A stretch of DNA of 64,000 nt from Nostoc sp. (GCA_036918135.1 JBALDB010000018.1:64001-128000), one strand, 5' to 3'. Positions 11,281-22,933 are shown, counted from the first letter of the stretch. The notes: generated by a model from the sequence alone, not told the origin. Made by a program: numbers and translations.

Positions 11281-12168
11281 CTAAGTTTTATAAGCTAGGG
11301 CAAAGCGTTCAATTCCAGCTAAATCAGTGTGAATTTGGACTTTACAATAGTTACCTTGATTTTGTAAAAGTTCTCGCACTGTATCTGCTTGTCCTGCCAT
11401 CATCTCAATCAACCACACTCCACCAGATTGCAAATAGCTAGGAGAGATTTCTATCAAATGACGAATGCAATCTAAGCCATCAGCGCCACCATCCAAAGCT
11501 AAATGTGGTTCGTGGTTGACTACTTCTGGTTGCAAACTAGGTAAGGTACTGGTGGGTATGTAAGGGGGGTTCGACACCATACCACTGAACTGACCTTCGA
11601 GGAATGCCAGTGGCTCCCACCAGGAACCTTGATAAAATCGAATGCGGTCAGCAAAACCCAAATTTTGGGCATTAGTTTGGGCGATCGCCAAAGCTTCCAG
11701 ACTGTAATCAACAGCATGAATTATTGCTTTTGGCAGGACATTTGCTAGTCCGATGGCGATCGCTCCACTGCCAGTACCTAAATCCGCCCAGTGTCCTGAA
11801 GTATTGCTAGCAGCTGCTAGAACTAAATCAATTAAGCACTCTGTTTCTGGTCGGGGAATCAAAACCGCATTCGATACGGTGATTTTAAACTGACGCCAAG
11901 GTGTAGCTTTGGCAATGTACTGCACTGGTAGGCGTTCGTTTAATCGCCTCTGCCACAACTGGTCTAACTCTACTAGAGGCAATTGCATCTGAATTTGCGG
12001 CCAATTTTTAAAAGACTCCAAACGCAGTGCCAAACGGTCTAACCCAGCAACTTCTTGGAGTAGCCAATCTACCTCTGTTGGTGAAACATCAGTGGCGATC
12101 GCTGCTTGAGTTGCTGCATTCCGCCACTGCCAAAGTTGTAGACCAGATATCAGATGTTTTTCCCCCAT
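11281..12168 (-). CDS. prmC: Release factor glutamine methyltransferase
   Basis: VLIPRPETE, DLGTGSGAIA, SNPPYI, ALDGGADGL. Confidence 0.96.
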   Translation of the reverse strand: MGEKHLISGLQLWQWRNAATQAAIATDVSPTEVDWLLQEVAGLDRLALRLESFKNWPQIQMQLPLVELDQLWQRRLNERLPVQYIAKATPWRQFKITVSNAVLIPRPETECLIDLVLAAASNTSGHWADLGTGSGAIAIGLANVLPKAIIHAVDYSLEALAIAQTNAQNLGFADRIRFYQGSWWEPLAFLEGQFSGMVSNPPYIPTSTLPSLQPEVVNHEPHLALDGGADGLDCIRHLIEISPSYLQSGGVWLIEMMAGQADTVRELLQNQGNYCKVQIHTDLAGIERFALAYKT

Positions 12169-12193
12169 GCCTCAACCTTGGAGTGCGTAACCG

Positions 12194-13012
12194 TTATTTT
12201 TTTGGAGCGGGCGCAGTCGAAGGCTTGCCAGCAGGTGATTGATTCGCCGCTAGGGAGCGAATAAAATTGATCGACTCTCGCGATGGATATAAAACAATTT
12301 TATTGATACTTGGATCGTTGCTACTATTGAGAGCCTCCATAACACCTAACAAATCCACTACCTGAATTTCAGTGTTGTTTGCTTCCTTTGGCACGGCTTT
12401 TTTAAATTCGTCTAACAGAGCTACTGCTTGCTCTTTTTCAAAAAAGAAAGGTATGTAGCGCTCGTTGCCTTTTGCCAGGGGAATGGTCAGATAGCTATTA
12501 TCTTTTTTAAATTTAGGCACAAACAAGGGAATACCGTTGAATTGCTGCACTTTTTGACCATTCTGATTCAGCATACTTGTTGCTGACGCTACCTGTTGCT
12601 GTGTCGGTACTAAAGTATAAATTACTGAATCTGACTTCTTTTTGCTTTCTAGCACTATCTTATAGTAGTCTGCCAAAGACAAAGGTCTTACCTGTAGCGT
12701 GCTTGCCAGTTGAGGATTTTCTTTTTTCAGCCGATTATCAAGGAATTTTTGAGCATCTTGCTTGCTAATAAAAAATCCTACTTGAGAGATGGTCTTGGAC
12801 TGGTTGTTTCTCGAAAGAACTACAAATTCGCCCTTAGGATTTGTAAGAGTGAATACGGGTACTTCCTGTAGCTTTTTCACTACCTGATCTTGTGGTAAAG
12901 CCACCGCCTCTAAATTGCCTAGCCCTGGTAAATTGCCTATTCCTGAAAGCCCTGCTAAAAAGACACTCCCAGCTATACCTAATGTTGCACTCCAACGAAC
13001 GAATAATTTCAT
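12194..13012 (-). CDS. tic22: Tic22-family periplasmic chaperone
   Basis: Signal peptide, then KKLQEVPVFTLTN, FFISKQDA, FNGIPLF, IPFFFEKEQA. Confidence 0.85.
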   Translation of the reverse strand: MKLFVRWSATLGIAGSVFLAGLSGIGNLPGLGNLEAVALPQDQVVKKLQEVPVFTLTNPKGEFVVLSRNNQSKTISQVGFFISKQDAQKFLDNRLKKENPQLASTLQVRPLSLADYYKIVLESKKKSDSVIYTLVPTQQQVASATSMLNQNGQKVQQFNGIPLFVPKFKKDNSYLTIPLAKGNERYIPFFFEKEQAVALLDEFKKAVPKEANNTEIQVVDLLGVMEALNSSNDPSINKIVLYPSRESINFIRSLAANQSPAGKPSTAPAPKK

Positions 13013-13750
13013 AACTGCTCCTCGCATCAACAATACAATTCAATTAAACAAATGGTTGGGTTTGCACAGCACCAACTAGCTTCAGTTATATAGCAATCTA
13101 TTTTAGTTGTGAAAATTTATTTGTAAATAAGTCGTATGTCAGTTGAGTGTTAATAGTTAGCAGTCAAAGTAGAATAATTCTACCTATTTAGCCTTGATAT
13201 AGTATCGCCTTTACGAATTGACTGTGCTAATGTTGTGTTTTTGTCGATTTGGCTAAGCTATTCACTGCCAAATCCTGTAGACGCCTATTTTTTAGCTTGT
13301 TAAACAGTAAAAAGTTTCTCTGATCTGAAAGCTAATAAATGCCATTTTATTAACTTTCTCTAATATTGGGTGACGCTATGAGTTTATTAATCGTTCCATT
13401 TGGGATTAATTAAATATTTTCTCAAATTTATACAAGGTAGAGTATCAGGAGTATCTGATTTCTCAAGGACGAAATTTAGCTACTATGTTTCAAAAGCTAG
13501 CCCAAGAGCAAAACAAGAAAATTGATTTTCTGCGTAAAAATATACAACTTAATTGCACACCTTAGCAACAAAACTCTAATCTATTCTCTTTAAATGGCAG
13601 AAATTTTTCAGAGATTTTGTAGATTTAGTTGATTGCTCAGACACCAAAACCTCAAGAAAATAATTGGCTCTACGTACCCATATATAGAGATTTGCTAACA
13701 ATCTCTGTGGTTGAGCGCAATTTAATATACTTAATTTTGTAATTTGACAT

Positions 13751-13792
13751 TTAATCAAACCCAAATTTATTAACAACTCTGGGTTTGATTAA
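13751..13792. terminator. Inverted repeat downstream of tRNA-Pro
   Basis: TTAATCAAACCCA ... TGGGTTTGATTAA, perfect 13-bp arms. Confidence 0.55.
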
Positions 13793-13810
13793 TCATAATT
13801 ATTAACTAAA

Positions 13811-13884
13811 TCGGGATGACAGGATTTGAACCTGCGGCATCCTGCTCCCAAAGCAGGCGCGCTACCAAGCTGCGCTACATCCCG
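13811..13884 (-). tRNA. trnP: tRNA-Pro(TGG)
   Basis: Reverse complement is CGGGATGTAGCGCAGCTTGGTAGCGCGCCTGCTTTGGGAGCAGGATGCCGCAGGTTCAAATCCTGTCATCCCGA. It folds as a cloverleaf with anticodon TGG and a GGTTCAAATCC T-arm; CCA is not encoded. Confidence 0.97.
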
Positions 13885-14179
13885 GCTATACTTATCTACT
13901 TTTTGCGGTTCGGTTTTAGCTTCCCAGTAAAGCGATCGCGCTTTTGCATAAGCTTTAAAGTCATCATATCACATAATAGCGCTCATACATAATTTTCTTT
14001 ATTCTCTGTAAAGACAAGATAGATAGATCTTTATATAGAATAAAGGTTTTTCTGCCGACTTATTTTTACCAAACATAAATTTGCTTGCTTGGCGGCTGAA
14101 GCCAAACTAGATCGAAATAATAGACTTCACTACTGTACCTGATTTTATTGTGCAAATCAGGCTTTATTTGAATTAGGTG

Positions 14180-14731
14180 CTAGTGAGGATACCAGAACAT
14201 GCCTTTGATACCTTCTGGATCTGGCATAAATCCCATAGTTCGGTAGAAGTCTACAACGTGAGGATCGGCGAACAGAGTCACATTGCTAATCTCTTCACTC
14301 CGAAGTTTTTTGAGAACGTATTTCATCAATGCCTTGCCCAGTCCTTGATTTTGGAAATCTGGGTGAACCACCACATCCCAAATAGTGGCATTAAATGCAT
14401 GATCTGAGGTAGCGCGGGCGAAACCAATGAGCCGTTTATGGTTTCCTCTGACTTGCCACATTGAGGCGACAAGAAAACTATGCTCAATGGCTTTTTTAAC
14501 TTTTCTTAGAGGACGACGCGACCAACCAACTGCATCACAGAGTTCTTCTAGTTCATACAAATCGATATCTCGCTCTGTACTGAAGACGATGCGAGCCTCC
14601 TTTGAAGAAGCTTCGTTAACACTACTGAGGCTGGAGTTGCCCGCAGTTTGCGCTGTATGTTCTTCAAAAGGGTTTGTCCTAGTTGTCGCTACAGACTCAG
14701 GAGTACTAAACCAAGTTTTCCAAAAACCCAT
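14180..14731 (-). CDS. GNAT acetyltransferase (Ycf52-like)
   Basis: [46 protein letters not shown]. Confidence 0.9.
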   Translation of the reverse strand: MGFWKTWFSTPESVATTRTNPFEEHTAQTAGNSSLSSVNEASSKEARIVFSTERDIDLYELEELCDAVGWSRRPLRKVKKAIEHSFLVASMWQVRGNHKRLIGFARATSDHAFNATIWDVVVHPDFQNQGLGKALMKYVLKKLRSEEISNVTLFADPHVVDFYRTMGFMPDPEGIKGMFWYPH

Positions 14732-15233
14732 GCCAACGTGGTTCGGGTAATATAACTGAATTGGTTTACACTCTCTTTGAGTGTTGATTCATGCTTAACA
14801 TAGCTAGCCTCATTTACTACACTTGGCAATCAAAATTTTTGGCTTGTTTGCGAAATTCGTAATGATAACAGCTAGTCAGGGCATGTTTCACACCAATCAT
14901 TTTCAACTTTAGCATTTTGTTGTAAAGCCTAGTAAAAATTCAGCAAAAGGGAAAAATATAAGTAATTCATAAATTATGCCCTATTGTGATTCCTCTGTCT
15001 GATTATGCAGGAAACTACCCAAGCTGCCGCTGTAACTTTTCTCCAAATCAAACAGAAAAACCCAATTATGGCAAAGATCCTGTGAATTTTTGGTATGCAG
15101 CTGAAATGCACGTTAGCTTAAGAGTGAATAGTATCTCAGGGATTTGAATATCTGGGAAAATTCCCACTCTCCAGTTCCCAACACCTACTTTTTAGTCCCC
15201 AGGTGACCAAAGCAAGCGAGTCTACCCTTAACA

Positions 15234-15953
15234 ATGGCTTCTGGTTTAAAATCTTCGACACTCGAACTCCTAAAGCGCTTTAATCGAGCGTTTCCCCAGT
15301 TTTATGAGCAATTTGTCAGCAGTGAGATTCAACTGCAAAATTTACGGCTAGCCTACCGTCTGTATAAAACTAGACGCGCTGTGATTGAACTCAAACCGGA
15401 AGGTAGCAAAAGTGCCTTGCATTTTGCCTACCGTAACCAGTCTTTTCTTCTCAGCGATATTTTTGGTGTACTAGCAGCTTATGGATTAACAATCCACGGC
15501 TTGAGTCTATACGGTCAGATCCGTCCGCCAATGTTAGTTTTTATTAAACTGTTGGTATCTCGTGGTAGTAAAGCCTTGACCGATAAAACCGCAGAAAATG
15601 TCTGTCGCGCCATTCGTGAGGCTTTAGGAGGTCGGTTTGAGGTAGAAGAAATGCTGGCAGTAGAATTCAATCTCGACACTGGCTTAGAGCAGGTACAAAC
15701 TGAGTTCTATGTCGATCCGGTTTTTCATCTGCCTGCGTTAGTAATTGAAGCTGATAATCAACCAGGCTTATTTTATAAAGTGATGTACGCCATTTGGCAA
15801 GAAGATCTGCTAGTAGTCAATGCCAATTTACTTGTTTGGCGCGGACGTACACGGCTAATTCTCTACTTGTTAGGGCCCAATGAAAGCCTGATTCCTGAAT
15901 ATCTGGGTCACAAAATTGCTGAAGGGGTGCGACACAGGTTGTTAGGGAAATGA
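15234..15953 (+). CDS. Tandem ACT-domain-like protein
   Basis: Two ACT-like segments: YRNQSFLLSDIFGVLAAYGLTI and ADNQPGLFYKVMYAIWQEDLLV. Confidence 0.7.
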   Translation: MASGLKSSTLELLKRFNRAFPQFYEQFVSSEIQLQNLRLAYRLYKTRRAVIELKPEGSKSALHFAYRNQSFLLSDIFGVLAAYGLTIHGLSLYGQIRPPMLVFIKLLVSRGSKALTDKTAENVCRAIREALGGRFEVEEMLAVEFNLDTGLEQVQTEFYVDPVFHLPALVIEADNQPGLFYKVMYAIWQEDLLVVNANLLVWRGRTRLILYLLGPNESLIPEYLGHKIAEGVRHRLLGK

Positions 15954-16527
15954 AAACACTCTTGATTCCTCGCTAAATTTTAGATTTTAGGAAACTCCTA
16001 GAAATAAATTATCTTGTTTGAAGTTGATGACTATTGACTGTTGACTGTGAACACTGGAATATTTATTTTATTTGTCAGTCCCGTTAAATTTTGCGAAAAG
16101 TTCAGCCAGTCGCTTAGTGTTAGCATAGAGTTAGCGAAGTAAGAGCTTCGGCAGTAGGGTGAGTCCAGTTTTGTTAGCACAGCGTCTTTGTAAGGAGAAG
16201 GAGGAAAATTCTCCGTAGGGAACTGGCGTTAGTGCAGCTGTGTTAGACTGTTACGTCCAGCGTCTTGCTCCAGAAGGCTGGTAATTTCAACGCGAGAACA
16301 AATCTAAAACCCAAAATTTCAAATTATATAGCACAATTCAAGAGTCAGAATTAAAATAGATTCTCTGCCTAGCTAGCAGACCTAAATGGTGTACTTCAGA
16401 CTAGTTGAAATCTGCTGGATTTATTTCCCTACCCTTGAATAAGGTGGGGTTTATCTAAAATACAAAATCGTTTGACTTTTGACACTTCGTATTTAGTCGT
16501 ACCCACCCTTAGGGGTACGATATAAGT

Positions 16528-17439
16528 ATGGCAACTATTGAAATCTTAGGCGTTCCACACGCATACGAGCTAACGGCTCCCACTTCCTGCCCCGATGCTT
16601 TAGTATTTATCCACGGTTGGCTCAATAGCCGTGGATATTGGCAACCTGTGATTTCCCGCCTATCAGATGATTTGCAGTGCCTGTCCTATGATTTGCGAGG
16701 TTTTGGTGAATCCCAGTCTCAGGTAAAAAGCGATTTTAGTCGGGCACAAACGTTTGTGAGTTTGACACCGCTCTCCAGTAGTGGAGTTGGCTCACCTTTC
16801 GATTCTCTTTATACTCCTGCTGGCTATGCTCAGGATTTAGCAATTCTTCTGAAACAGCTAAATATTACTAGTGCTTGGCTAATTGGTCACTCTTTGGGAG
16901 GTACGATCGCTCTATGGGGAGCAGATCGAATACCTGAGTGTGTTAAGGGAGTTATCTGTATCAATGCTGGTGGTGGTATTTACCTTAAAGAAGCTTTTGA
17001 ACAGTTTCGCTCAGCAGGTCAGAAATTTTTACAAATCCGTCCGCGCTGGCTCTCCCAAGTGCCTTTGATTGATTTGCTGTTTACCAGAGCCAGTGTGGTA
17101 CGTCCTTTAGAGCGCTATTGGGCGCGTCAGCGGGTGATTGATTTCGTCGTCGCTGACCCAGAAGCGGCGCTGGGAACTCTGTTAGACTCTACAACTGAAG
17201 AAGAAATTAACCGTTTACCCGAACTGGTATCCCAACTCAAGCAGCCAGTTTATTTTTTAGCTGGTGCGGAAGACAAAGTTATGGAACCTAAATATGTCCG
17301 CCATTTAGCTAGCTTTCACAGATTATTTCAATACTGTGGTGACAATGTTTTGGAAATTCCTAATTGCGGACACTTGGCCATGTTAGAGCAACCGGATGCA
17401 GTTGCTGATTACATCCGGTCAATAGTTAACAGTCAGTAG
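16528..17439 (+). CDS. Alpha/beta hydrolase
   Basis: FIHGW, YDLRGFGES, GHSLGG nucleophile elbow, CGHLAMLE. Confidence 0.92.
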   Translation: MATIEILGVPHAYELTAPTSCPDALVFIHGWLNSRGYWQPVISRLSDDLQCLSYDLRGFGESQSQVKSDFSRAQTFVSLTPLSSSGVGSPFDSLYTPAGYAQDLAILLKQLNITSAWLIGHSLGGTIALWGADRIPECVKGVICINAGGGIYLKEAFEQFRSAGQKFLQIRPRWLSQVPLIDLLFTRASVVRPLERYWARQRVIDFVVADPEAALGTLLDSTTEEEINRLPELVSQLKQPVYFLAGAEDKVMEPKYVRHLASFHRLFQYCGDNVLEIPNCGHLAMLEQPDAVADYIRSIVNSQ

Positions 17440-17604
17440 TCCTTTGTCATTAGTCATTAGTCATTTGTCCTTTGTCATTAGGCTTAGAATATCAGGGAGC
17501 CATTGCGCCCTTCCTGCTTTCCCGAACTTTAACCAAGTGGGGTTATGAGGCATTGCTTATCAGTGGTTACAACTAACAAATGACTAACCACTAATGACTA
17601 ATGA

Positions 17605-18654
17605 CTAGTCAACAGTTTGATACAACTTCATCACCTGACTCAGGGCTAATCTGGATTCAACGCCTAATGTCAGGGGAGATGTATGACCAGAGGATAGATG
17701 GTCAACGGCGGCACAGCCAATCATGGCGGCATTGTCAGTACAGAATTTCAAAGGGGGAAATAGGACGCGTAGGTTATGTTTAATGGCGGCGGCTTGGAGA
17801 TTTTTTCTCAGACCGCTATTGGCTGCTACACCGCCTCCAACAGCAATTGTGTCTAAACCATAGTCTAAGGCACAGGCGATCGCTCTTTTGGTTAGCGATC
17901 GCGCTACAGTATCCTGAAAGCTAGCTGCTACATCTGCTACTGGTACTTGTCTACCATCTTTCTCTAACTGCTGTACTAAACGCAATACAGCCGTTTTTAA
18001 CCCACTAAAACTTGCATCATAACGATGAAACCCGCCACCAGGTAAAGAGACTTTTCCTTCTGGTAAGGCAAACGCTTGGGGATTCCCCTGTTGTGCCAGC
18101 TTGTCAATTACTGGGCCACCAGGATAACCCAACTTTAACAATCGCGCTACTTTATCAAAAGCTTCACCCGCAGCATCATCACGAGTTTGTCCTAGCGTTT
18201 CATAGACACCACAATCTTTAACATAAATCAAACTTGTATGTCCGCCTGAAACCAGTAAGCTAAGGAAAGGGGGATTTAAACTTGGCTCGCTCAAGTAAGT
18301 TGCGTAAATGTGACCTTCGAGATGGTGAACTCCCAAAAAAGGTTTGTTGTGTACCATTGCCAGGGTTTTGGCAGCAGTTAATCCCACCAACAGCGCTCCT
18401 ACGAGTCCAGGGGCACAAGTAGCAGCAATTCCATCAATTTCCTCCCAATCTAGTTTGGCTTGTTGTAGAGCTTGAGCGATCGCTTGATTGATCGTTTCCA
18501 AGTGCTGGCGGGACGCCACTTCTGGTACTACCCCGCCATATTGCTGGTGGACTGGAATTTGCGAAGCGATGATGCTGCTGCAAACTTGACGATTGTTCAC
18601 AATTGCGACGGCAGTTTCATCACAGCTGGTTTCTATTGCTAAAACGGTTGCCAT
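17605..18654 (-). CDS. tsaD: tRNA N6-adenosine threonylcarbamoyltransferase
   Basis: [45 protein letters not shown]. Confidence 0.98.
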   Translation of the reverse strand: MATVLAIETSCDETAVAIVNNRQVCSSIIASQIPVHQQYGGVVPEVASRQHLETINQAIAQALQQAKLDWEEIDGIAATCAPGLVGALLVGLTAAKTLAMVHNKPFLGVHHLEGHIYATYLSEPSLNPPFLSLLVSGGHTSLIYVKDCGVYETLGQTRDDAAGEAFDKVARLLKLGYPGGPVIDKLAQQGNPQAFALPEGKVSLPGGGFHRYDASFSGLKTAVLRLVQQLEKDGRQVPVADVAASFQDTVARSLTKRAIACALDYGLDTIAVGGGVAANSGLRKNLQAAAIKHNLRVLFPPLKFCTDNAAMIGCAAVDHLSSGHTSPLTLGVESRLALSQVMKLYQTVD

Positions 18655-18813
18655 TGAGAATTCTGATTGAGAAGCTTTAACTTTTATTTACTGAAACTTT
18701 ACTCGGTTCCCACCCAAGAGTATGATGACTTCCTAGTTATGCAAATAAAGACTGTACAAGCCGCTTCGTTTTGTACAAAGAACTTTTTGTTTTGTAATAA
18801 AAGGAAACACTCT

Positions 18814-19308
18814 ATGCGTCGATTGTTTGCTTTGATTTTAGCGATTTGTCTTTGGTGCAATTTTGCCCCCCCAGCAAAAGCTTTAGGGGCTAACTTGACA
18901 CTGTGCAAAGACACTCCCGCTTTTCAAGAGCTAGCAGCTAATGCCCGTAATACTACTAGTGACCCACAATCAGGACAAAAGCGGTTTGAGCGTTATTCTC
19001 AAGCGCTATGTGGTCCTGAGGGTTACCCCCACTTGATTGTAGATGGCCGTTTAGATCGTGCTGGTGATTTCTTGATTCCCAGCATTCTATTTCTATATAT
19101 TACTGGTTGGATTGGCTGGGTAGGTCGTGCCTATCTGATAGCGATCAAAAAGGAATCTGACCCCGAACAAAAAGAAATCCAAATTGACCTAGCTTTGGCA
19201 CTACCCATAATGGCCACAGGCTTTACTTGGCCACTAGCAGCAGTCCAAGAATTACTCTCTAATAAATTAGCAGCCAAAGATTCAGAAATTCCCGTTTCCC
19301 CACGCTAA
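18814..19308 (+). CDS. psaF: Photosystem I subunit III
   Basis: Signal peptide [43 protein letters not shown]. Start at ATG 18814. Confidence 0.97.
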   Translation: MRRLFALILAICLWCNFAPPAKALGANLTLCKDTPAFQELAANARNTTSDPQSGQKRFERYSQALCGPEGYPHLIVDGRLDRAGDFLIPSILFLYITGWIGWVGRAYLIAIKKESDPEQKEIQIDLALALPIMATGFTWPLAAVQELLSNKLAAKDSEIPVSPR

Positions 19309-19346
19309 ATCGATTTTACTAATTCATTTGTTTGGAGACTAAATTC

Positions 19347-19496
19347 ATGGCAGACAAAGGCGACCAATCATCCTATTTGGTTAAATTTATTTCCACAGCC
19401 CCAGTGGCAGCTACTATATGGTTGACAATCACAGCAGGTATTGTGATTGAATTCAACCGCTTTTTCCCAGATTTACTTTTCCACCCACTACCATAA
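19347..19496 (+). CDS. psaJ: Photosystem I subunit IX (49 aa; below the ORF-track cutoff)
   Basis: Manual translation: [56 protein letters not shown] upstream. Confidence 0.96.
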   Translation: MADKGDQSSYLVKFISTAPVAATIWLTITAGIVIEFNRFFPDLLFHPLP

Positions 19497-19598
19497 GTGG
19501 AAAATGAGATTTAGGATAATTCTCTAAAATTGTTTAGTTAGTATGTTTGGACTAACTAAGCAAAATTCTCGCCTAAATAGACAGCAAAAAGAGTTTTT

Positions 19599-19635
19599 TG
19601 AAACTCGCGATCCAATTGATATATCGCGAGTTTCA
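19599..19635. terminator. Stem-loop between psaJ and psaL
   Basis: TGAAACTCGCGAT ... ATCGCGAGTTTCA, 13-bp arms. Confidence 0.55.
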
Positions 19636-19756
19636 CAGTTTTTAAATAAGCTAAATTAATTTTTCTAAACTTGCTAAGCAAAAGACATCTTTAGCTACAA
19701 TTATTATTAATATAAAAATGCCACCATTTATTTTAATTGAGAGGCGAACATAAAAT

Positions 19757-20278
19757 ATGGCGCAAGCAGTAGATGCATCCAAAGATCTGCCGAGCGATCC
19801 GAGAAATCGGGAAGTTGTTTTTCCGGCATTCCGCAATCCACAGTTAGGTAACCTAGAAACTCCGATTAATTCTTCTCCCTTGGTCAAGTGGTTTATTAAT
19901 AACTTACCTGCCTATCGTCCAGGTCTGAGTACTGGTAGACGTGCGCTAGAAGTCGGAGCAGCTCATGGCTACTGGCTGTTTGGCCCTTTTGCCAAATTGG
20001 GTCCACTGCGGGATACAGCTGATGCTAATTTAGCTGGGTTACTATCAGCGATCGGTTTAGTTGTTGTTTTGACCGGCGCTTTATCTTTATATGCCAATAG
20101 TAATCCTCCAAAAGCACTTCCTAGTGTTACCGTACCCAATCCTCCAACAGATACTTTTAACTCTAATGAAAGCTGGAATAACTTCGCCAGTTCTTTCTTA
20201 ATTGGTGGTATTGGTGGTGCAGTAGTTGCTTACTTTTTGACTACAAATTTGGAACTAATTCGAGGTTTATTTGGTTAA
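19757..20278 (+). CDS. psaL: Photosystem I subunit XI
   Basis: GNLETPINSS, INNLPAYRPGL, LEVGAAHGYWLFGPF. Confidence 0.97.
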   Translation: MAQAVDASKDLPSDPRNREVVFPAFRNPQLGNLETPINSSPLVKWFINNLPAYRPGLSTGRRALEVGAAHGYWLFGPFAKLGPLRDTADANLAGLLSAIGLVVVLTGALSLYANSNPPKALPSVTVPNPPTDTFNSNESWNNFASSFLIGGIGGAVVAYFLTTNLELIRGLFG

Positions 20279-20511
20279 TTTAGTCATTAGTCATTGGTCA
20301 CTTGTGCTGAGCATACCCCTGCTCTTAAGCAAGCTACTTTGTAGCGTCTCTATTTGGAGAAGCCGTTGGCGCAGCCTCTCGTAGAGAAGCATTAGTCATT
20401 GGTTAGTAGTTAAGAACAGAAAATGATAAAGAACAAAGGACAAATGACACATAACAAATGACAAAGCGCAAAGTTATGAGCAAAGGAAACTTTCTCTAAG
20501 AACTTTGTAAT

Positions 20512-20543
20512 AAAGGACACAAAGAAAAAGCTTTGTGTCCTTT
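20512..20543. terminator. Likely bidirectional terminator between convergent psaL and gmk
   Basis: AAAGGACACAAAG-AAAAAG-CTTTGTGTCCTTT. Confidence 0.6.
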
Positions 20544-20586
20544 GTTTATTAATCCTAAAGGTGGGTATGTTGTTAAAAATACTATA

Positions 20587-21186
20587 TTATTTAAACAAAG
20601 CTGCTTCGATGTCATTTAAAGCAGTTTGAAAATCGTCATTAACGATTTGAAGGTCAAATTCATTTGCGGCTTTAATTTCTTCGTGGGCGCGGTGCAGACG
20701 ACGAGCGATCGCATCTTCAGAGTCTTGACCGCGAAAGCGTATCCGTTTCTCCAATTCCTCAAAAGAAGGCGGTAAAATAAAAATGCTGAAGGCACTGGGG
20801 AAGGAAGCACGAATTTGTCTTGCTCCTTTTAACTCAATTTCTAACACTACCAATTTGCCAGAATTAATTTGCTTAAGTACAGCTTTACGGGGAGTACCGT
20901 AATAGTTACCAGTAAATTCTGCCCACTCTAATAATTCACCTTCAGCAATTAATTGCTCAAACTGACTGCGGCTAATAAAGTAATAATTTATGCCATCAAT
21001 TTCCCCTGGACGGGGAGAACGCGTTGTCACGGATACAGAATAATACAGTTGGGGATGACGGTTTAAGAGCGATCGCATCAAAGTGCCTTTACCGACCCCA
21101 CTGGGGCCAGTTAAGACAATTAACCTACCTGGATTAGGAGATTCTTTGGTAGTAGCGCTACTCTGAATGGGTAAAACTTCGATCAT
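20587..21186 (-). CDS. gmk: Guanylate kinase
   Basis: [26 protein letters not shown]. Start uncertain (21186 or 21210). Confidence 0.96.
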   Translation of the reverse strand: MIEVLPIQSSATTKESPNPGRLIVLTGPSGVGKGTLMRSLLNRHPQLYYSVSVTTRSPRPGEIDGINYYFISRSQFEQLIAEGELLEWAEFTGNYYGTPRKAVLKQINSGKLVVLEIELKGARQIRASFPSAFSIFILPPSFEELEKRIRFRGQDSEDAIARRLHRAHEEIKAANEFDLQIVNDDFQTALNDIEAALFK

Positions 21187-21354
21187 CCTTTTAACCTGTG
21201 AATTAATCAATAGATATTATTTATTAGTCTTGCATTCGTCGCCAAGCCCACCGTTAACTACAGAATTTGTAGTATTGGTGACAAAAAATTCGTCTAATTC
21301 ACATGGTAGTGCCGATATACTGCAAATAGAGTAAGGTTTTTAACCCACTGCTAG

Positions 21355-21621
21355 TCAATTATCTACAGTTTGATGCTCGCGGGAAATCACAAAACGATTC
21401 GCTACCGTTTCCGGCTGGATTGCTGAGAGAATTACGTGGCTGGAATCAGTAATAATTACAGCCCTAGTCCGGCGACCGTAAGTTGCATCAATCAGTTGAC
21501 CTCTGTCCCGTGCATCGGTAATAATCCGCTTAATTGGGGCAGACTCTGGACTGACAATGGCAACTACTCGGTTGGCAGACACGATGTTACCAAAGCCGAT
21601 GTTGATTAATTGAATATCCAT
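21355..21621 (-). CDS. remA: RemA/DUF370 family protein
   Basis: [41 protein letters not shown]; usual position upstream of gmk. Confidence 0.92.
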   Translation of the reverse strand: MDIQLINIGFGNIVSANRVVAIVSPESAPIKRIITDARDRGQLIDATYGRRTRAVIITDSSHVILSAIQPETVANRFVISREHQTVDN

Positions 21622-21871
21622 AAAAAACTAACTACAAACGCAGTTTGAGAAGCTTGTAATAAACTTATTTACATGTTATCGCCTATAAACAGGAGTTACA
21701 ACGCTTAAATACACGCCAGCCTTCGCTTTTAAATTAATGTCTGCTTTTTTTAGCCTTTTATTCGCTAAATTCCCTAAAAATATACCCAAAGATATAGTGA
21801 AAATTGTACTGGTATAAGGTACTCAAGTGACATACATTTATATTGTTTGAAACAAGTATCTGGCTGGAAAA

Positions 21872-22900
21872 TTGACACCAAGCAAAATCGATTGGAAGCG
21901 TTTGGCTCTAACTGCCCTGGCTGACTACAATATCAGTGCAGCTCAATTGGTATTTTTGGGTCATAGCGAAAATGTGACGTTTCGTGTTGACACTTTCAGT
22001 AGTGAAAATTTTGCTACATCTAAAGAGTTTGACGGTCAAAGATTATTTCTTCTCCGTATCCATTATCCAATCGCTCGGTGCTGCGATCGCATTTGGCAAC
22101 AACAGGCTGTCATTGAATCAGAACTCATGTGGCTTACTGCCTTGCATGAAGATACCGATTTAGTCGTGCCATACCCGGTGCAAAACCAGAGTGGCACTTT
22201 CGTTACCTCTGTTGCAATCGCTCAAACTAGCGAAACACTCAACTGTACACTACTAAATTGGGTCGATGGTTCTCCCCTCGACAGCCAACCCACACCGACG
22301 CAGGCTTGTCAAGTCGGGGAACTTATGGCTAGGTTGCACCAGCACGCTAGCTTTTGGGAATTACCTTTAGGCTTTACACGACCAAAATATGACTGCGAGC
22401 AATTACACGCCTCACTGATGGAGCTACGATCGCTAATAGATGCTGGTACAATCTCTATTGCTGATTTCGCTGTGCTTGAGACTGTGGTACAGCAAATTGG
22501 TGATGTGATGACGGCACTAGAAAAAACACGCTCTAATTGGGGCTTAATTCATGGAGATCTGAATGAAAATAATTACATTTTTTATGCAGGTGAAGCGCGA
22601 GCGATCGATTTTTCCCGGTGTGGCTTTGGTTACTATCTTTATGACATTGCTTCTACACTCAAACATCTATTCCCCGAAAATCGGAAATCGTTTCTCAGTA
22701 GCTATCACAACGTGCGCCAACTGTCTGATGATTATCAAAATATTTTAGAAGCATTATTTATTGCAGCAACGATAGATAATTTTGCGTTTCTCGCATCACA
22801 GCCGAATGAACACGATTGCTTATCACAAGATATACCTTACGTTACCAAAAAGCTTTGTAGTAAATATCTAAAAGGCGAGACATTTTTGTTCGAGTCTTAG
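21872..22900 (+). CDS. Aminoglycoside/homoserine-kinase-II-like phosphotransferase
   Basis: SENVTFRV, LLRIH, Brenner motif IHGDLNENN, IDFSRCGFG. TTG start. Confidence 0.85.
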   Translation: MTPSKIDWKRLALTALADYNISAAQLVFLGHSENVTFRVDTFSSENFATSKEFDGQRLFLLRIHYPIARCCDRIWQQQAVIESELMWLTALHEDTDLVVPYPVQNQSGTFVTSVAIAQTSETLNCTLLNWVDGSPLDSQPTPTQACQVGELMARLHQHASFWELPLGFTRPKYDCEQLHASLMELRSLIDAGTISIADFAVLETVVQQIGDVMTALEKTRSNWGLIHGDLNENNYIFYAGEARAIDFSRCGFGYYLYDIASTLKHLFPENRKSFLSSYHNVRQLSDDYQNILEALFIAATIDNFAFLASQPNEHDCLSQDIPYVTKKLCSKYLKGETFLFES

Positions 22901-22933
22901 ATTCGGAACAGCTTCTTGTTCTGATAGAATGCT

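Noticed and set aside
13040..13810. Possible integrated element at the tRNA-Pro 3' end
   Set aside because: No integrase and no duplicated tRNA 3' end were seen; it is AT-rich intergenic DNA with a hairpin and a repeat remnant near 13090.
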